Assembly (NCBI GenBank): GCA_036653075.1
Contig: JAVVUQ010000003.1
Span: 1-41,245, forward strand
DNA from: Clostridia bacterium
GTDB lineage: Bacteria; Bacillota; Clostridia; Christensenellales; CAG-314
Length of the DNA stretch: 41,245 bases
Reading direction: 5' to 3'
This document shows, in pieces, positions 1 through 9,387 of this stretch. The notes under the pieces were generated by a model, which had not been told where the DNA came from, did no database searches, and saw only the letters and a list, made by a program, of their open reading frames with translations. Each line of letters opens with the position of its first letter. The first letter of the stretch is position 1. The translations under genes were made by a program, and so were the position numbers.

Positions 1-127
1 ATATTAATCATTAATTTATTCAATTAAAATCATTAATTTATTCAATTATTCTAATTTAATATAATATATTTTTATATTTTACACTGTTTTTAATTAATAA
101 ATGAACATTATATATTAAAATTATGTA

Positions 128-895
128 TTATGTTGAAATTTTAAATAAGGTTTCAGTGTTTTTAGCGATTAATTGTTCTGTTTGGTCAAAAGACATTTCT
201 AATATTTCAGAAAGTTTATCTATAACGCAACGTACATATTTTGGATAGTTTGTTTGTCCACGAAAGGGTGTGGGGGATAAGTAAGGGCAATCAGTTTCGC
301 TTAAAATTCTGTTTTTTGGTATGTTGTGTATAATCTCGTCCTTTTTGGCATTTTTATAAGTTATTGTGCCGCCAAAGGCAAAGTATAGTCCAAATTCATT
401 AAATCGTTTAGCCATTTCAGGCGAGCCGCTGTAACAGTGAAGTTCGCCGCCATAGTTAATAAGGGTTTTATTTTCTTTAAGTATTTCGTACGCATCCGAG
501 TAAGCGTCTCTAATATGAAGAACGAAAGGTTTATGTAGTTCGTTTGCTAAGCAAAGTTGACGTTTAAACACTTTTTTTTGAGTTTCTCTATCGCTATATT
601 CATAAAAATAATCTAAGCCTATTTCGCCAATAGCCACAACTTTAGGATTTTGAGCGCATTCGATAATGCGTTTTTCAAATTCAAAGTCGTAGCTATTTGC
701 CCTTTGTGGGTGACAACCAATTGCGGCAAAAATGCGAGGATATTTAGTAGCAAGTGACATTGTTGTTTCAACTGATGGTCGGTCGCTTGAGTTATTGATA
801 ACAAACTGAATATTATCATTTTGAAAAGAGTTAATTATATTTTCACGCTCGTTTTCAAAACGAATGTCATCTAAGTGGCAATGAGTATCTATCAT
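128..895 (-). CDS. tatD: TatD family metal-dependent DNase/hydrolase
   Basis: Motifs DTHCHL, GEIGLDY, LHIRDA, HCYSG, ETDCPYL; follows metG with a TAATG stop/start overlap. Confidence 0.95.
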   Translation of the reverse strand: MIDTHCHLDDIRFENERENIINSFQNDNIQFVINNSSDRPSVETTMSLATKYPRIFAAIGCHPQRANSYDFEFEKRIIECAQNPKVVAIGEIGLDYFYEYSDRETQKKVFKRQLCLANELHKPFVLHIRDAYSDAYEILKENKTLINYGGELHCYSGSPEMAKRFNEFGLYFAFGGTITYKNAKKDEIIHNIPKNRILSETDCPYLSPTPFRGQTNYPKYVRCVIDKLSEILEMSFDQTEQLIAKNTETLFKIST

Positions 896-2937
896 TATCT
901 CACGACTTTGCCACTATCAACGGGCTTTTCTGGCGTAACAAAAACAACGTCGCCATCATTATCAACGCACAGAATCATTCCTTCGCTCATAACTGAGCCA
1001 AGTTTTGCAGGTTTTAGATTTTTAACCAACACTACTGTTTTTCCAGTTAAATAATCCGTAGTATAATATTGAGCAATTCCTGAAACAACAGTGCGTTCTA
1101 CTCCGCCAACATCTAAGGTAATTTTAAGTAATTTATCTCGTTTTTCAATCTTTTCAACTTTCAAAACTTTAGCTGTAACAAATTTAATTTTCATAAAATC
1201 TTCTATGGTTATTTCGTTGTTTTCGTTTTCAGCTTTAATAATATCGTTAGAATTACTATTTGTTGTTTGTTGATTGCTGTTTGTTGGTTGTGTTGTAATT
1301 GTATTAGTAATATTTTGCTTATTATTTATTATAGAAGCGGGAGCGTTTATGGCGTTAGGTGGAATGATGTTTGACAAGTTATCGCTATGCAACGCCAATT
1401 CTTTTTTTATGTCGCTTCTAATAAACAGTGGTTCGCTTTTAGTAATGACAATACCGTGATTAATGTAACCAAAATGTTTAACCGATTCAAAATCGTTTGG
1501 AGTATCGCCAAGGTTGAGTCTATCAAATATTGCTTGAGAAGTAGATGGAATAAATGGTTTTAATAATACTGCCATTATGCGAATACATTCGCTCAAGTTA
1601 TATAAAACTGTTGCAAGGCGTTTTTTGCCCTCTGCGGTTTTGCTTAAAATCCAAGGGGTTGTTTCGTCGATATATTTGTTAGCGCGTTGCGCAATACGGA
1701 AAATTTCTGCGAGGGCATCGGGAGCGGAAAGGTGGTTTATTGCTTCAAAAACTTTAGTATAAGCGCCTTCAGCCACGGCGATAAGGTCGTTATCGATATC
1801 GCAAACGGTATCAATTGCGGGAAGGACTCCATCAAAATATTGCGCTATCATAGCGGTAGTGCGGCTAACGAGGTTGCCCAAATCATTGCATAAATCGTTA
1901 TTACGACGAGTTAAAAAGCTTTCAAGAGAGTAAGCGCCGTCTCTACCAAACGGAACTTCTCTCAATAAAAAGTAACGTAAAGCGTCTACTCCGTAATTTT
2001 CGCAGAGCATAAACGGGTCGGCGACATTGCCTTTGCTTTTACTCATTTTATCTCCGTCAATTAACAGCCAACCGTGTCCATAAATCTGTTTTGGCAATGG
2101 CAAATCTAACGCCATTAATAGCGCTGGCCAAATAATAGCGTGAAATCGAACTATTTCTTTGCCGACCATCTGTAAATCAGGCGCCCAATATTTATCAAAT
2201 AGCGTAGTGTTTTCGCTTGTGTAACCAACTGCCGCTAAGTAATTAGCCAATGCGTCTATCCATACATAAATAGTATGGCGAGTGTCAAATGGAACGGGAA
2301 TTCCCCATTTTACAGTAGTGCGAGAAACGGCGATATCTTGAAGTCCTGGACGAATAAAGTTGTTTAACATTTCATTTACACGAGATACGGGTTGTAAGAA
2401 TTCAGGATTATTTTCATAAAGTGATTCAAGTTGTTTTTGGTATTTGCTTAAACGGAAAAAGTAACTTTCTTCTTTTTCTTTTTTAACCTCTCTATGACAA
2501 TCGGGGCATTTACCATCTACAAGTTGATTTTCTGTCCAAAAACTCTCGCAAGGCGTGCAGTACCATCCTTCATATTCAGATTTGTATATATCACCTTTAT
2601 CATAAAGCATTTTAAATATTTTTTGTGTCGCTTCTATATGGTAATCATCTGTTGTACGAATAAATTTATTATTACTTATACCAAGCAATTTCCATAACTG
2701 CTTAATTTCGTCTACAAGATTATCAGCTAATTGCTTAGGCGTAACATTTGCTTTAGCTGCATTTGTTTCCATTTTTTGACCGTGTTCGTCTGTTCCAGTT
2801 AAGAAAAACACATCATAACCGCTCATTCTTTTGAAATTAGCTAACGCATCACAAATTACCGTTGTGTAACAATGCCCAATATGCCAGTTCCCACTTGGAT
2901 AGTATATGGGCGTAGTAATAAAATACTTGTCTTTCAT
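895..2937 (-). CDS. metG: Methionine--tRNA ligase with C-terminal tRNA-binding domain
   Basis: HIGH, GTDEHG, CxxC/CPDC zinc knuckle, KMSKS, C-terminal OB domain (NLKPAKLG..SEGMIL); GGAGG RBS. Confidence 0.98.
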   Translation of the reverse strand: MKDKYFITTPIYYPSGNWHIGHCYTTVICDALANFKRMSGYDVFFLTGTDEHGQKMETNAAKANVTPKQLADNLVDEIKQLWKLLGISNNKFIRTTDDYHIEATQKIFKMLYDKGDIYKSEYEGWYCTPCESFWTENQLVDGKCPDCHREVKKEKEESYFFRLSKYQKQLESLYENNPEFLQPVSRVNEMLNNFIRPGLQDIAVSRTTVKWGIPVPFDTRHTIYVWIDALANYLAAVGYTSENTTLFDKYWAPDLQMVGKEIVRFHAIIWPALLMALDLPLPKQIYGHGWLLIDGDKMSKSKGNVADPFMLCENYGVDALRYFLLREVPFGRDGAYSLESFLTRRNNDLCNDLGNLVSRTTAMIAQYFDGVLPAIDTVCDIDNDLIAVAEGAYTKVFEAINHLSAPDALAEIFRIAQRANKYIDETTPWILSKTAEGKKRLATVLYNLSECIRIMAVLLKPFIPSTSQAIFDRLNLGDTPNDFESVKHFGYINHGIVITKSEPLFIRSDIKKELALHSDNLSNIIPPNAINAPASIINNKQNITNTITTQPTNSNQQTTNSNSNDIIKAENENNEITIEDFMKIKFVTAKVLKVEKIEKRDKLLKITLDVGGVERTVVSGIAQYYTTDYLTGKTVVLVKNLKPAKLGSVMSEGMILCVDNDGDVVFVTPEKPVDSGKVVR

Positions 2938-3003
2938 AATTTCCTCCTACGTAATAATGCCACCGCATTCAATTACGTGTTAATTTACATACTCTAATTT
3001 ATT

Positions 3004-3032
3004 ATATTACACCAATTAAAGCGTTTTGTCAA
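3004..3032 (-). promoter_or_regulatory. SigA-type promoter for metG-tatD
   Basis: TTGACA-17 nt-TAATAT on the minus strand about 65 nt upstream of the metG start. Confidence 0.6.
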
Positions 3033-3215
3033 ACCAAAAAGTAACGGATTTTTTTATATAAATAATATCAAATAATGCGACAGCAGTAGAAATACATAAT
3101 TATAACCGCTGTAATTATTTTATAAAATACATAAAAAATGGCAACTATATTTTATATTAATGTTGTAATTAAACAATCTAATTTTCAATATTTGATGGCT
3201 GTCAAGTCTTTTATT

Positions 3216-3245
3216 AAAAAAACCGTTGCTTAAAAAGCGAACGGT
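3216..3245 (-). terminator. Intrinsic terminator after the dehydrogenase-like gene
   Basis: Minus strand ACCGTT(C)GCT-loop-AGCAACGGT followed by a T-run. Confidence 0.7.
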
Positions 3246-3345
3246 GTAAGTAATAAATGATATTTCTCAATAAAAAGCAAGTAAAACAAGATAATATTCT
3301 TATTTTTGACAAATGTTTCTTAAAATTGCAATATGAATAATATTG

Positions 3346-4362
3346 TTATTTAAAATCTATAAGCAAGCTTTTAAATATTAAGTCAGATGTTTGAGATAAT
3401 TCGTACGCTTTATCAAGCGATTCAAAGGATACGGTGTCGCAAATCAAGCCGCTAACTTTAACTGCTTTATTTGCAAGAAGATTTATTGCTGTTGGAAAGC
3501 TGCCAAATCCGCTATCTATTGTATAGACAGTTAGTTGTTTTTTACAAATCAAGCTAAAATCGGCAGTTTGGTTTGGTTTTTCGTAACCGCTTGCGCAAAC
3601 AATGCCGTTATAAGCGCATAATTGTAGCGCTGTATTGATATTTTTTGGCGTGTTTGTTAAATATATAACTTTATCGCACATTCGTCCGCCCGTAATAGAA
3701 AACACTTCTTCAATAGTATCCACTTTGTCTGAATTAAAGGTATAGAAAACGCCAACGTCTCGCGCATCAGCGAGCGCTTTTTCGTTATTGTCTATCATAA
3801 CGGGGATTCCTTGATAATAGGCGACAAGTTGAGCGATAACATAACCTATTTTATTGCTTGCTAAGATTGCTACGTGGTCGCCTTTTTGAATATTAATTTT
3901 GTCTAAAGCGTTGACGGCAAGAGCCACATATTCTGTAAAAACTGCAGTTTCAAAAGGTATGTTTTGTGGAATTTTATGAACGGTGTCAATAGGCAAGGTA
4001 ATAAAATCTGTTTGCAATCCGTCGGCGTTTACGCCTAATATTTTTTTATTTGAGCAATTTTTGAAATGACCTGTTTTACATTCCATACATTGACCGCAAG
4101 GAATGACAGGATCGATGACAACTCTGTCACTTTTAATAAAAAAAGAGTCGTCAGATGGATAAACCTCGCTAATTACACCAACTCCGTGGCGTCCTAATAT
4201 AATCGGAAATTTTGAGCTATTGCCGTTATAGGAATGAACGTCAGTAAAAGATAATGCTCCTATTTCAATTTTTACTTTTACAAGTTCTGAATTAGTAACA
4301 GGCGCACTTTGAGAAGTCACCATTTCAAGTTGTTTTGGCGCTATTAAATTCCAAGCTTTCAT
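3346..4362 (-). CDS. Zinc-binding MDR/alcohol-dehydrogenase-fold protein with a degenerate catalytic site
   Basis: Structural Zn motif CGQCMEC-x7-C and GroES+Rossmann layout; SFTD and GRHG replace CGSD and GHEG. Confidence 0.85.
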   Translation of the reverse strand: MKAWNLIAPKQLEMVTSQSAPVTNSELVKVKIEIGALSFTDVHSYNGNSSKFPIILGRHGVGVISEVYPSDDSFFIKSDRVVIDPVIPCGQCMECKTGHFKNCSNKKILGVNADGLQTDFITLPIDTVHKIPQNIPFETAVFTEYVALAVNALDKINIQKGDHVAILASNKIGYVIAQLVAYYQGIPVMIDNNEKALADARDVGVFYTFNSDKVDTIEEVFSITGGRMCDKVIYLTNTPKNINTALQLCAYNGIVCASGYEKPNQTADFSLICKKQLTVYTIDSGFGSFPTAINLLANKAVKVSGLICDTVSFESLDKAYELSQTSDLIFKSLLIDFK

Positions 4363-5267
4363 TTATTCCTCCGATATTGCACTCCGCCGGATGCTTTGAT
4401 GTTCAATTTTACTCTATCGTTAGCATCTTTTATTTTTAAAATGCCAATGCCCAAACAAATTTTAACTGCGGCGATGATTGCTACCGCCATAAACGCAAAC
4501 GTTATAAGTGTGGTAATATATGGCATTGCATTTTTTATAGATTGAATAATTTCTTCAACATTTTCTGCAGAAGAAACAAAGTTTTTTACTATTTCAGATA
4601 TTTTAGTTATTATACTCGAATTAAAAGCGTTAAATACAAATGAAAAAACCATAAGCGGTAATGTAATTAATGCCATAAATCCCCCTTCAATAAACTCAAA
4701 AATTGAAGCGATTGTCAAATGTTCGCAACTTGCTCGTTCGTGTTTTAAAGAATGAACAATGCTGTTTACCGCTTTAAGCTTATAGATATTAAAAAACAAC
4801 ATAGTTGTTCCAATAGTAGTAACAATTAACCCGCCAATTATATATAATATTCCATATTCGGTAAGAATTGATGTTACTAAAAATCCTACAAAACATCGAT
4901 ACAACGCATAAGCCATTACGATTCCAATTACAACGATATTGATAATCGGTATTACTTTAATTACTTTCAGTCCACTTTGCTTAAAACGAGTAATACTCTT
5001 AGCTGATATATATGATATTAACAATCCAATGAGTAGTAGTATACTTATAATGTCTACAATGAATAACACTAACTGCATAGCGATTGCTATCGCTGTTATA
5101 ACAATAAATGTCAATGTAAATTTAGAAGCTAAAATAATACGAATTTCTTCAACAATTGAAACTGTTTTTGGCAATTGAATTTCAGTTTCATCGTTTTTCG
5201 TAATATCCTCCATTTCACTGTTTTTCATAATTTCCTCCATTTTACTGTTTTTCATAAAATCTGCCAT
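4359..5267 (-). CDS. Multi-pass membrane protein of unknown function (alternative start 5228)
   Basis: About 6 hydrophobic segments; ATGA overlap with the downstream gene; N-terminal 9-aa repeats. Confidence 0.8.
   Translation of the reverse strand: MADFMKNSKMEEIMKNSEMEDITKNDETEIQLPKTVSIVEEIRIILASKFTLTFIVITAIAIAMQLVLFIVDIISILLLIGLLISYISAKSITRFKQSGLKVIKVIPIINIVVIGIVMAYALYRCFVGFLVTSILTEYGILYIIGGLIVTTIGTTMLFFNIYKLKAVNSIVHSLKHERASCEHLTIASIFEFIEGGFMALITLPLMVFSFVFNAFNSSIITKISEIVKNFVSSAENVEEIIQSIKNAMPYITTLITFAFMAVAIIAAVKICLGIGILKIKDANDRVKLNIKASGGVQYRRNK
5187..5267 (-). repeat. 3 x 27-bp in-frame tandem repeat
   Basis: ATGGCAGATTTTATGAAAAACAGTAAA / ATGGAGGAAATTATGAAAAACAGTGAA / ATGGAGGATATTACGAAAAACGATGAA. 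Confidence 0.85.
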
Positions 5268-5291
5268 TATAGAAACAACCTATATTCTAAC

Positions 5292-5320
5292 ATTATAGCA
5301 CAAACAGTATTTTTTTGCAA
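5292..5320 (-). promoter_or_regulatory. SigA-type promoter with extended -10
   Basis: TTGCAA-17-TATAAT with TG upstream of the -10. Confidence 0.65.
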
Positions 5321-5460
5321 GTTATGCGCTGAATATTTTTTTATGTGTAAAAAAATTCTAATTATAGTTCGCTATAAATTATATGTTATGAAAATTTAAA
5401 AGGTTATTTAACTGTTTTATTATAAATAACCGAGTTATTTTTTATAATTTCAAGTTTTTT

Positions 5461-7320
5461 CTATAAAATTTCTTTTGTAAGTGAAAGCCAAATAATTAGA
5501 GTATTTATATCTGCTGGACTGACACCTGAAATTCGAGTTGCTTGTCCAAGGTTAAGCGGTTTTATTTTTTGTAATTTTTGTCTTGCTTCCAATCTCAGCC
5601 CTTCAATTTTAGTATAATCAATATTAGGACTTAGCGTTTTATTTTCAAGTTTTGCATTTTTTTGAATTTGTTCCATTGACTGCGCTATATAACCATCGTA
5701 TTTAATGTCTGTTTCCGTTTCGTACAAAACGGATAAGCTAAAGTCATTAAAAACGTTGAAATATTCTTTAATATTCATAATACCTATATTTGAGCGTCGA
5801 AGCATAGATTCATAGCTAATACCATTTACAGTGGCTGTTTCATTGAATAATTTCATAAAAGGAGTTGCGATTAAAGGAGATATTATTGTTTTAAGTTGCA
5901 ATTTAAGCTGTTTTATTTCCTCTTGTCTATGTTTAAATTGTAGATATTGTTGTTCGTTTAATAGTCCAACATCAAATCCTATTTGAGATAATCGAGTACT
6001 GCTATTATCTTGACGTAAAACCAAGCGATATTCCGCTCTGCCTGTCATCATACGGTATGGTTCATTTGTGCCTTTAGTTGTTATGTCGTCTATAAGCACT
6101 CCAATATAGCTTTGGTCACGTCGTAAAACCAATAAATCTTTTTTGTCGATATATCTAACTGCGTTTATACCAGCAATCAATCCTTGTCCTGCAGCTTCTT
6201 CGTATCCGCTTGTTCCGTTGATTTGTCCAGCAAAAAACAATCCGTTACAGTTTTTACTCATAAGCGTAGGAAAAAGCTGCAAAGGGTCAATACAATCATA
6301 TTCAATAGCGTAAGCATCACGCATAATCCGTACATTTTCTAAGCCCTTAATAGTTTTATATATTTCATATTGTATTTCAGCGGGCATTGAAGAACTTACC
6401 CCCTGAACATACCACTCGTCGGTATCTGCCGACTCAGGCTCCATAAATATTTGGTGTCTTTCTTTATCGGCAAAACGCACAACTTTATCTTCGATGGAAG
6501 GACAATATCGAGGTCCAACTCCATCAATTTCACCGCTAAAAATTGGCGCTTTGTCTTTATTTTGTAAAATAATTTCTTTTGTTTTTTCTGTCGTGTATGT
6601 TAAATAACAAGGGTATTTATTTAAATTAACAACATTTTCACTGCTAAAAGCAAGCATATCGTTGTCCCCTTCTTGCTTATCCATAATAGAAAAATTGACG
6701 CTTTTACCCGCAATTCTTGCTGGCGTTCCCGTTTTAAATCGCCTTAAACTAAACCCTAAATCTAACAAACTTTGACTCAATTCATTAGCTGGCATAAATC
6801 CGTTTGGTCCAACATTTCGAGTGTATTTTCCTATTATTACACGGCTCTTTAAATATACGCCGCACGCAACAATTACAGCTTTTGCTTCATAGTGTAACTT
6901 AACAGCAGTATGCACAATATAACCATCTATGGTATTTTCAATTTTTACCGCTTCTGCTTGTCGTAAAGTTAAATTTTCAGTAGATTCTAACGTTTTTTTC
7001 ATTTCGATATGATATTTGTTTTTATCTACTTGCGCTCTCGGACTGTATACCGCAGGCCCTTTCCCTTTATTTAACATTCGGAGCTGTAATAAACTTTTAT
7101 CAGCGTTTTTGCCCATTTCACCGCCTAAAGCATCAATATCTTTTACAATTTGTCCCTTAGCTGTTCCACCAATGCTTGGATTGCACGCGCAAAATGCTAC
7201 TGTTTCTAAACAAGTGGCTAATATCAGCGTTTTTTTACCCATTCTTACAGCAGCTAATCCCGACTCACAGCCTGCGTGTCCAGCTCCAATAACTATTATA
7301 TCAAATCTTTCCATTAACAT
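5461..7320 (-). CDS. mnmG: tRNA uridine-5-carboxymethylaminomethyl modification enzyme MnmG/GidA (start may be ATG 7314)
   Basis: GAGHAGCE, CNPSIGG, KTGTPAR, GPRYCPSIEDK, AGQINGTSGYEEAA, EPYRMMT, RISGVSPAD. Confidence 0.98.
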   Translation of the reverse strand: MLMERFDIIVIGAGHAGCESGLAAVRMGKKTLILATCLETVAFCACNPSIGGTAKGQIVKDIDALGGEMGKNADKSLLQLRMLNKGKGPAVYSPRAQVDKNKYHIEMKKTLESTENLTLRQAEAVKIENTIDGYIVHTAVKLHYEAKAVIVACGVYLKSRVIIGKYTRNVGPNGFMPANELSQSLLDLGFSLRRFKTGTPARIAGKSVNFSIMDKQEGDNDMLAFSSENVVNLNKYPCYLTYTTEKTKEIILQNKDKAPIFSGEIDGVGPRYCPSIEDKVVRFADKERHQIFMEPESADTDEWYVQGVSSSMPAEIQYEIYKTIKGLENVRIMRDAYAIEYDCIDPLQLFPTLMSKNCNGLFFAGQINGTSGYEEAAGQGLIAGINAVRYIDKKDLLVLRRDQSYIGVLIDDITTKGTNEPYRMMTGRAEYRLVLRQDNSSTRLSQIGFDVGLLNEQQYLQFKHRQEEIKQLKLQLKTIISPLIATPFMKLFNETATVNGISYESMLRRSNIGIMNIKEYFNVFNDFSLSVLYETETDIKYDGYIAQSMEQIQKNAKLENKTLSPNIDYTKIEGLRLEARQKLQKIKPLNLGQATRISGVSPADINTLIIWLSLTKEIL

Positions 7321-7424
7321 TTCCTTTTGGTTTTCTATTATTTACAATCTAATCTATTTAAATAGATTCATAATTAAGTTGAATTTTAATTGTATATTTT
7401 AAAATAAGCCCATTTTTTATAAAC

Positions 7425-7512
7425 TTGCTTTAAATTTGTTTTAAATTTGCTTTAAATTTGTTTTAAATTTGTTTTTATTTTGTTTTATATTTGATTTAAA
7501 TTTGTTTTAAAT
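7425..7512. repeat. 8 x 11-bp tandem repeat (TTGYTTTAAAT)
   Basis: Units start at 7425, 7436, 7447, 7458, 7469, 7480, 7491 and 7502. Confidence 0.9.
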
Positions 7513-7597
7513 TTGTATTATTTATGATTTTGTATAACTTATTATATTTACCTATTATAGTAGAATATTATTGTATACATACGATAATAGGAACAAT

Positions 7598-9328
7598 TTA
7601 ATTTTTAAATATTTTTTCTTCATTTTGTAAGTCAAAGCCAAGAGTGCCGCCAGGGTTCATGATATTATTAGGGTCAAAATGTTGTTTTAGTGATTTAATT
7701 ACGGCGTATTCTGTTTGTCCGATTTGTCCTTCTAACCAAGGGGCGAACATTTTTCCAATTCCGTGATGGTGGCTCATAGCAGCTCCGCTTTTTTGAATTG
7801 CATCTAAAATGCCGCTGTGGTAAGTTTTAAACTCCTCCAATGTATCCATTTTGGCAATGAAAATGAAGTACAAATTTGCGCCTTGAGCATATACGTGTGA
7901 CATATGTGTCATACAGATTGTATCAGGACGTGATTTGCAGTAATTTCTAACTTTCTCATACACATCATTCATATTAGACCAATTTACGCTACATTCCAAT
8001 GTATCTGTCATAATTCCAAAATCTTGCATACTATCACGCAAATAGGGATCATTAAATCGACCTTTTTCCCACGATTTAGTAACAGCGCCCGTAAGGGATA
8101 ATCCGTTATAGTGACGGCAGATTTTTTTTATATTTGCTGCGGCGTTTTTTGAAAATCCCTTTTCTCCGTCAGTAAATCCTAAAAACAAGCATTTTTGCAT
8201 TTGTTTATATCCTAAACTACTCATAATAGGCGCAAGCGGACTTTTATCAACTCCGTACATTCGCATCATAATATCTGTTTCTTCAGGATCAGATAATCTA
8301 AAGACAGAGGCGTTTCCGCCTTCGCTTTGCATAAGTTCTCGAGCGCAAGATTGAGCGATTTCCCAATTTTTAAACATAAAAGAAAAGCGTACTCTATTTT
8401 GCGGCATATATCTAAACACTCTAAGCGTAACGTGTGTTAAAACGCCAAAAGCGCCTTCGCTACCCATCATAATGTGCGATAATGAAGGGCCAGTAGCTTC
8501 ACGAGGATAATTACTTGTGGTTATATTTCCAATTGGTGTAATATAGCATTGTCTTAGGGCGATATCTTCAATTTTGCCATAATATGTGGAATTTTGTCCA
8601 GCGCCACGAGTGACAGTCCAACCGCCGACGCTGCTGTATTCGAAAGACTGTGGAAAGTGTCCGCACGTATAAGCTCGTTTTGCTCCAAACTCCATTACAG
8701 CGTTATTAAGTAAATGTTCTAATTTAGGGCCGCTCATTCCCGCTTCAACGGTAATTGTTTGGTCAATTTCATTAAATGAGATACATTTATTGAATCTAAG
8801 GCGCATATCAAAAGAAATTCCGCCTTTATTGCACTCAACGCCTCTTGTAACGCTACTGCCGCCGCCATATACATAAACAGGGATAATTTTTTTTGAACAA
8901 TAATTTACAATTTTTTCAATTTCATCTTTGCTATTAGGATAAATCACTACGTCAGGAACATTTTCAACAATTTTTTTTCGTAGTCTTAATAAATCGTACA
9001 TTGTTTTTCCATACGCAACGCTTAATCTTGAAAAATCATCAGTTTTAACATAATCTTTTCCAACAACCGATTCAAAAAATGATATATCTTCCGATTTAAG
9101 TCGTATAGGAATATCAAAGCTTACATTATCTAACCCAATATTGCCGTCAAAATGTTGGAAGTCGTTATCAGTCATATGAAACTTCTGTTTCATCATCTCA
9201 AACAATGTTTCTCGTGGCGTTTTAATAAAATCGGGATCTCCCCACTTAAATATAGCTCTATAACTTTTTTCTGGCGCTTTTTCAACTTGCCACTTAGGCT
9301 CAAAACCTTTGTATTTATGTGATGACAT
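7598..9328 (-). CDS. FAD-linked oxidase, alkyl-dihydroxyacetonephosphate synthase-like (VAO/PCMH family)
   Basis: PDVVIYP, YGGGSSV, GHFPQSFEYSSVGGW, GSEGAFGV, HMSHVY..GANLYF, SHHHGIGK, DPNNIMNPG. Confidence 0.9.
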   Translation of the reverse strand: MSSHKYKGFEPKWQVEKAPEKSYRAIFKWGDPDFIKTPRETLFEMMKQKFHMTDNDFQHFDGNIGLDNVSFDIPIRLKSEDISFFESVVGKDYVKTDDFSRLSVAYGKTMYDLLRLRKKIVENVPDVVIYPNSKDEIEKIVNYCSKKIIPVYVYGGGSSVTRGVECNKGGISFDMRLRFNKCISFNEIDQTITVEAGMSGPKLEHLLNNAVMEFGAKRAYTCGHFPQSFEYSSVGGWTVTRGAGQNSTYYGKIEDIALRQCYITPIGNITTSNYPREATGPSLSHIMMGSEGAFGVLTHVTLRVFRYMPQNRVRFSFMFKNWEIAQSCARELMQSEGGNASVFRLSDPEETDIMMRMYGVDKSPLAPIMSSLGYKQMQKCLFLGFTDGEKGFSKNAAANIKKICRHYNGLSLTGAVTKSWEKGRFNDPYLRDSMQDFGIMTDTLECSVNWSNMNDVYEKVRNYCKSRPDTICMTHMSHVYAQGANLYFIFIAKMDTLEEFKTYHSGILDAIQKSGAAMSHHHGIGKMFAPWLEGQIGQTEYAVIKSLKQHFDPNNIMNPGGTLGFDLQNEEKIFKN

Positions 9329-9387
9329 AAAACCTCCTTTGAACTATTAATGAATAATCATTATTGCTTTTATATTATTAGGTTAAA

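Noticed and set aside
2938-3345. T-box or SAM riboswitch upstream of metG
   Set aside because: No T-box or S-box consensus found, and the promoter lies only about 65 nt from the start.
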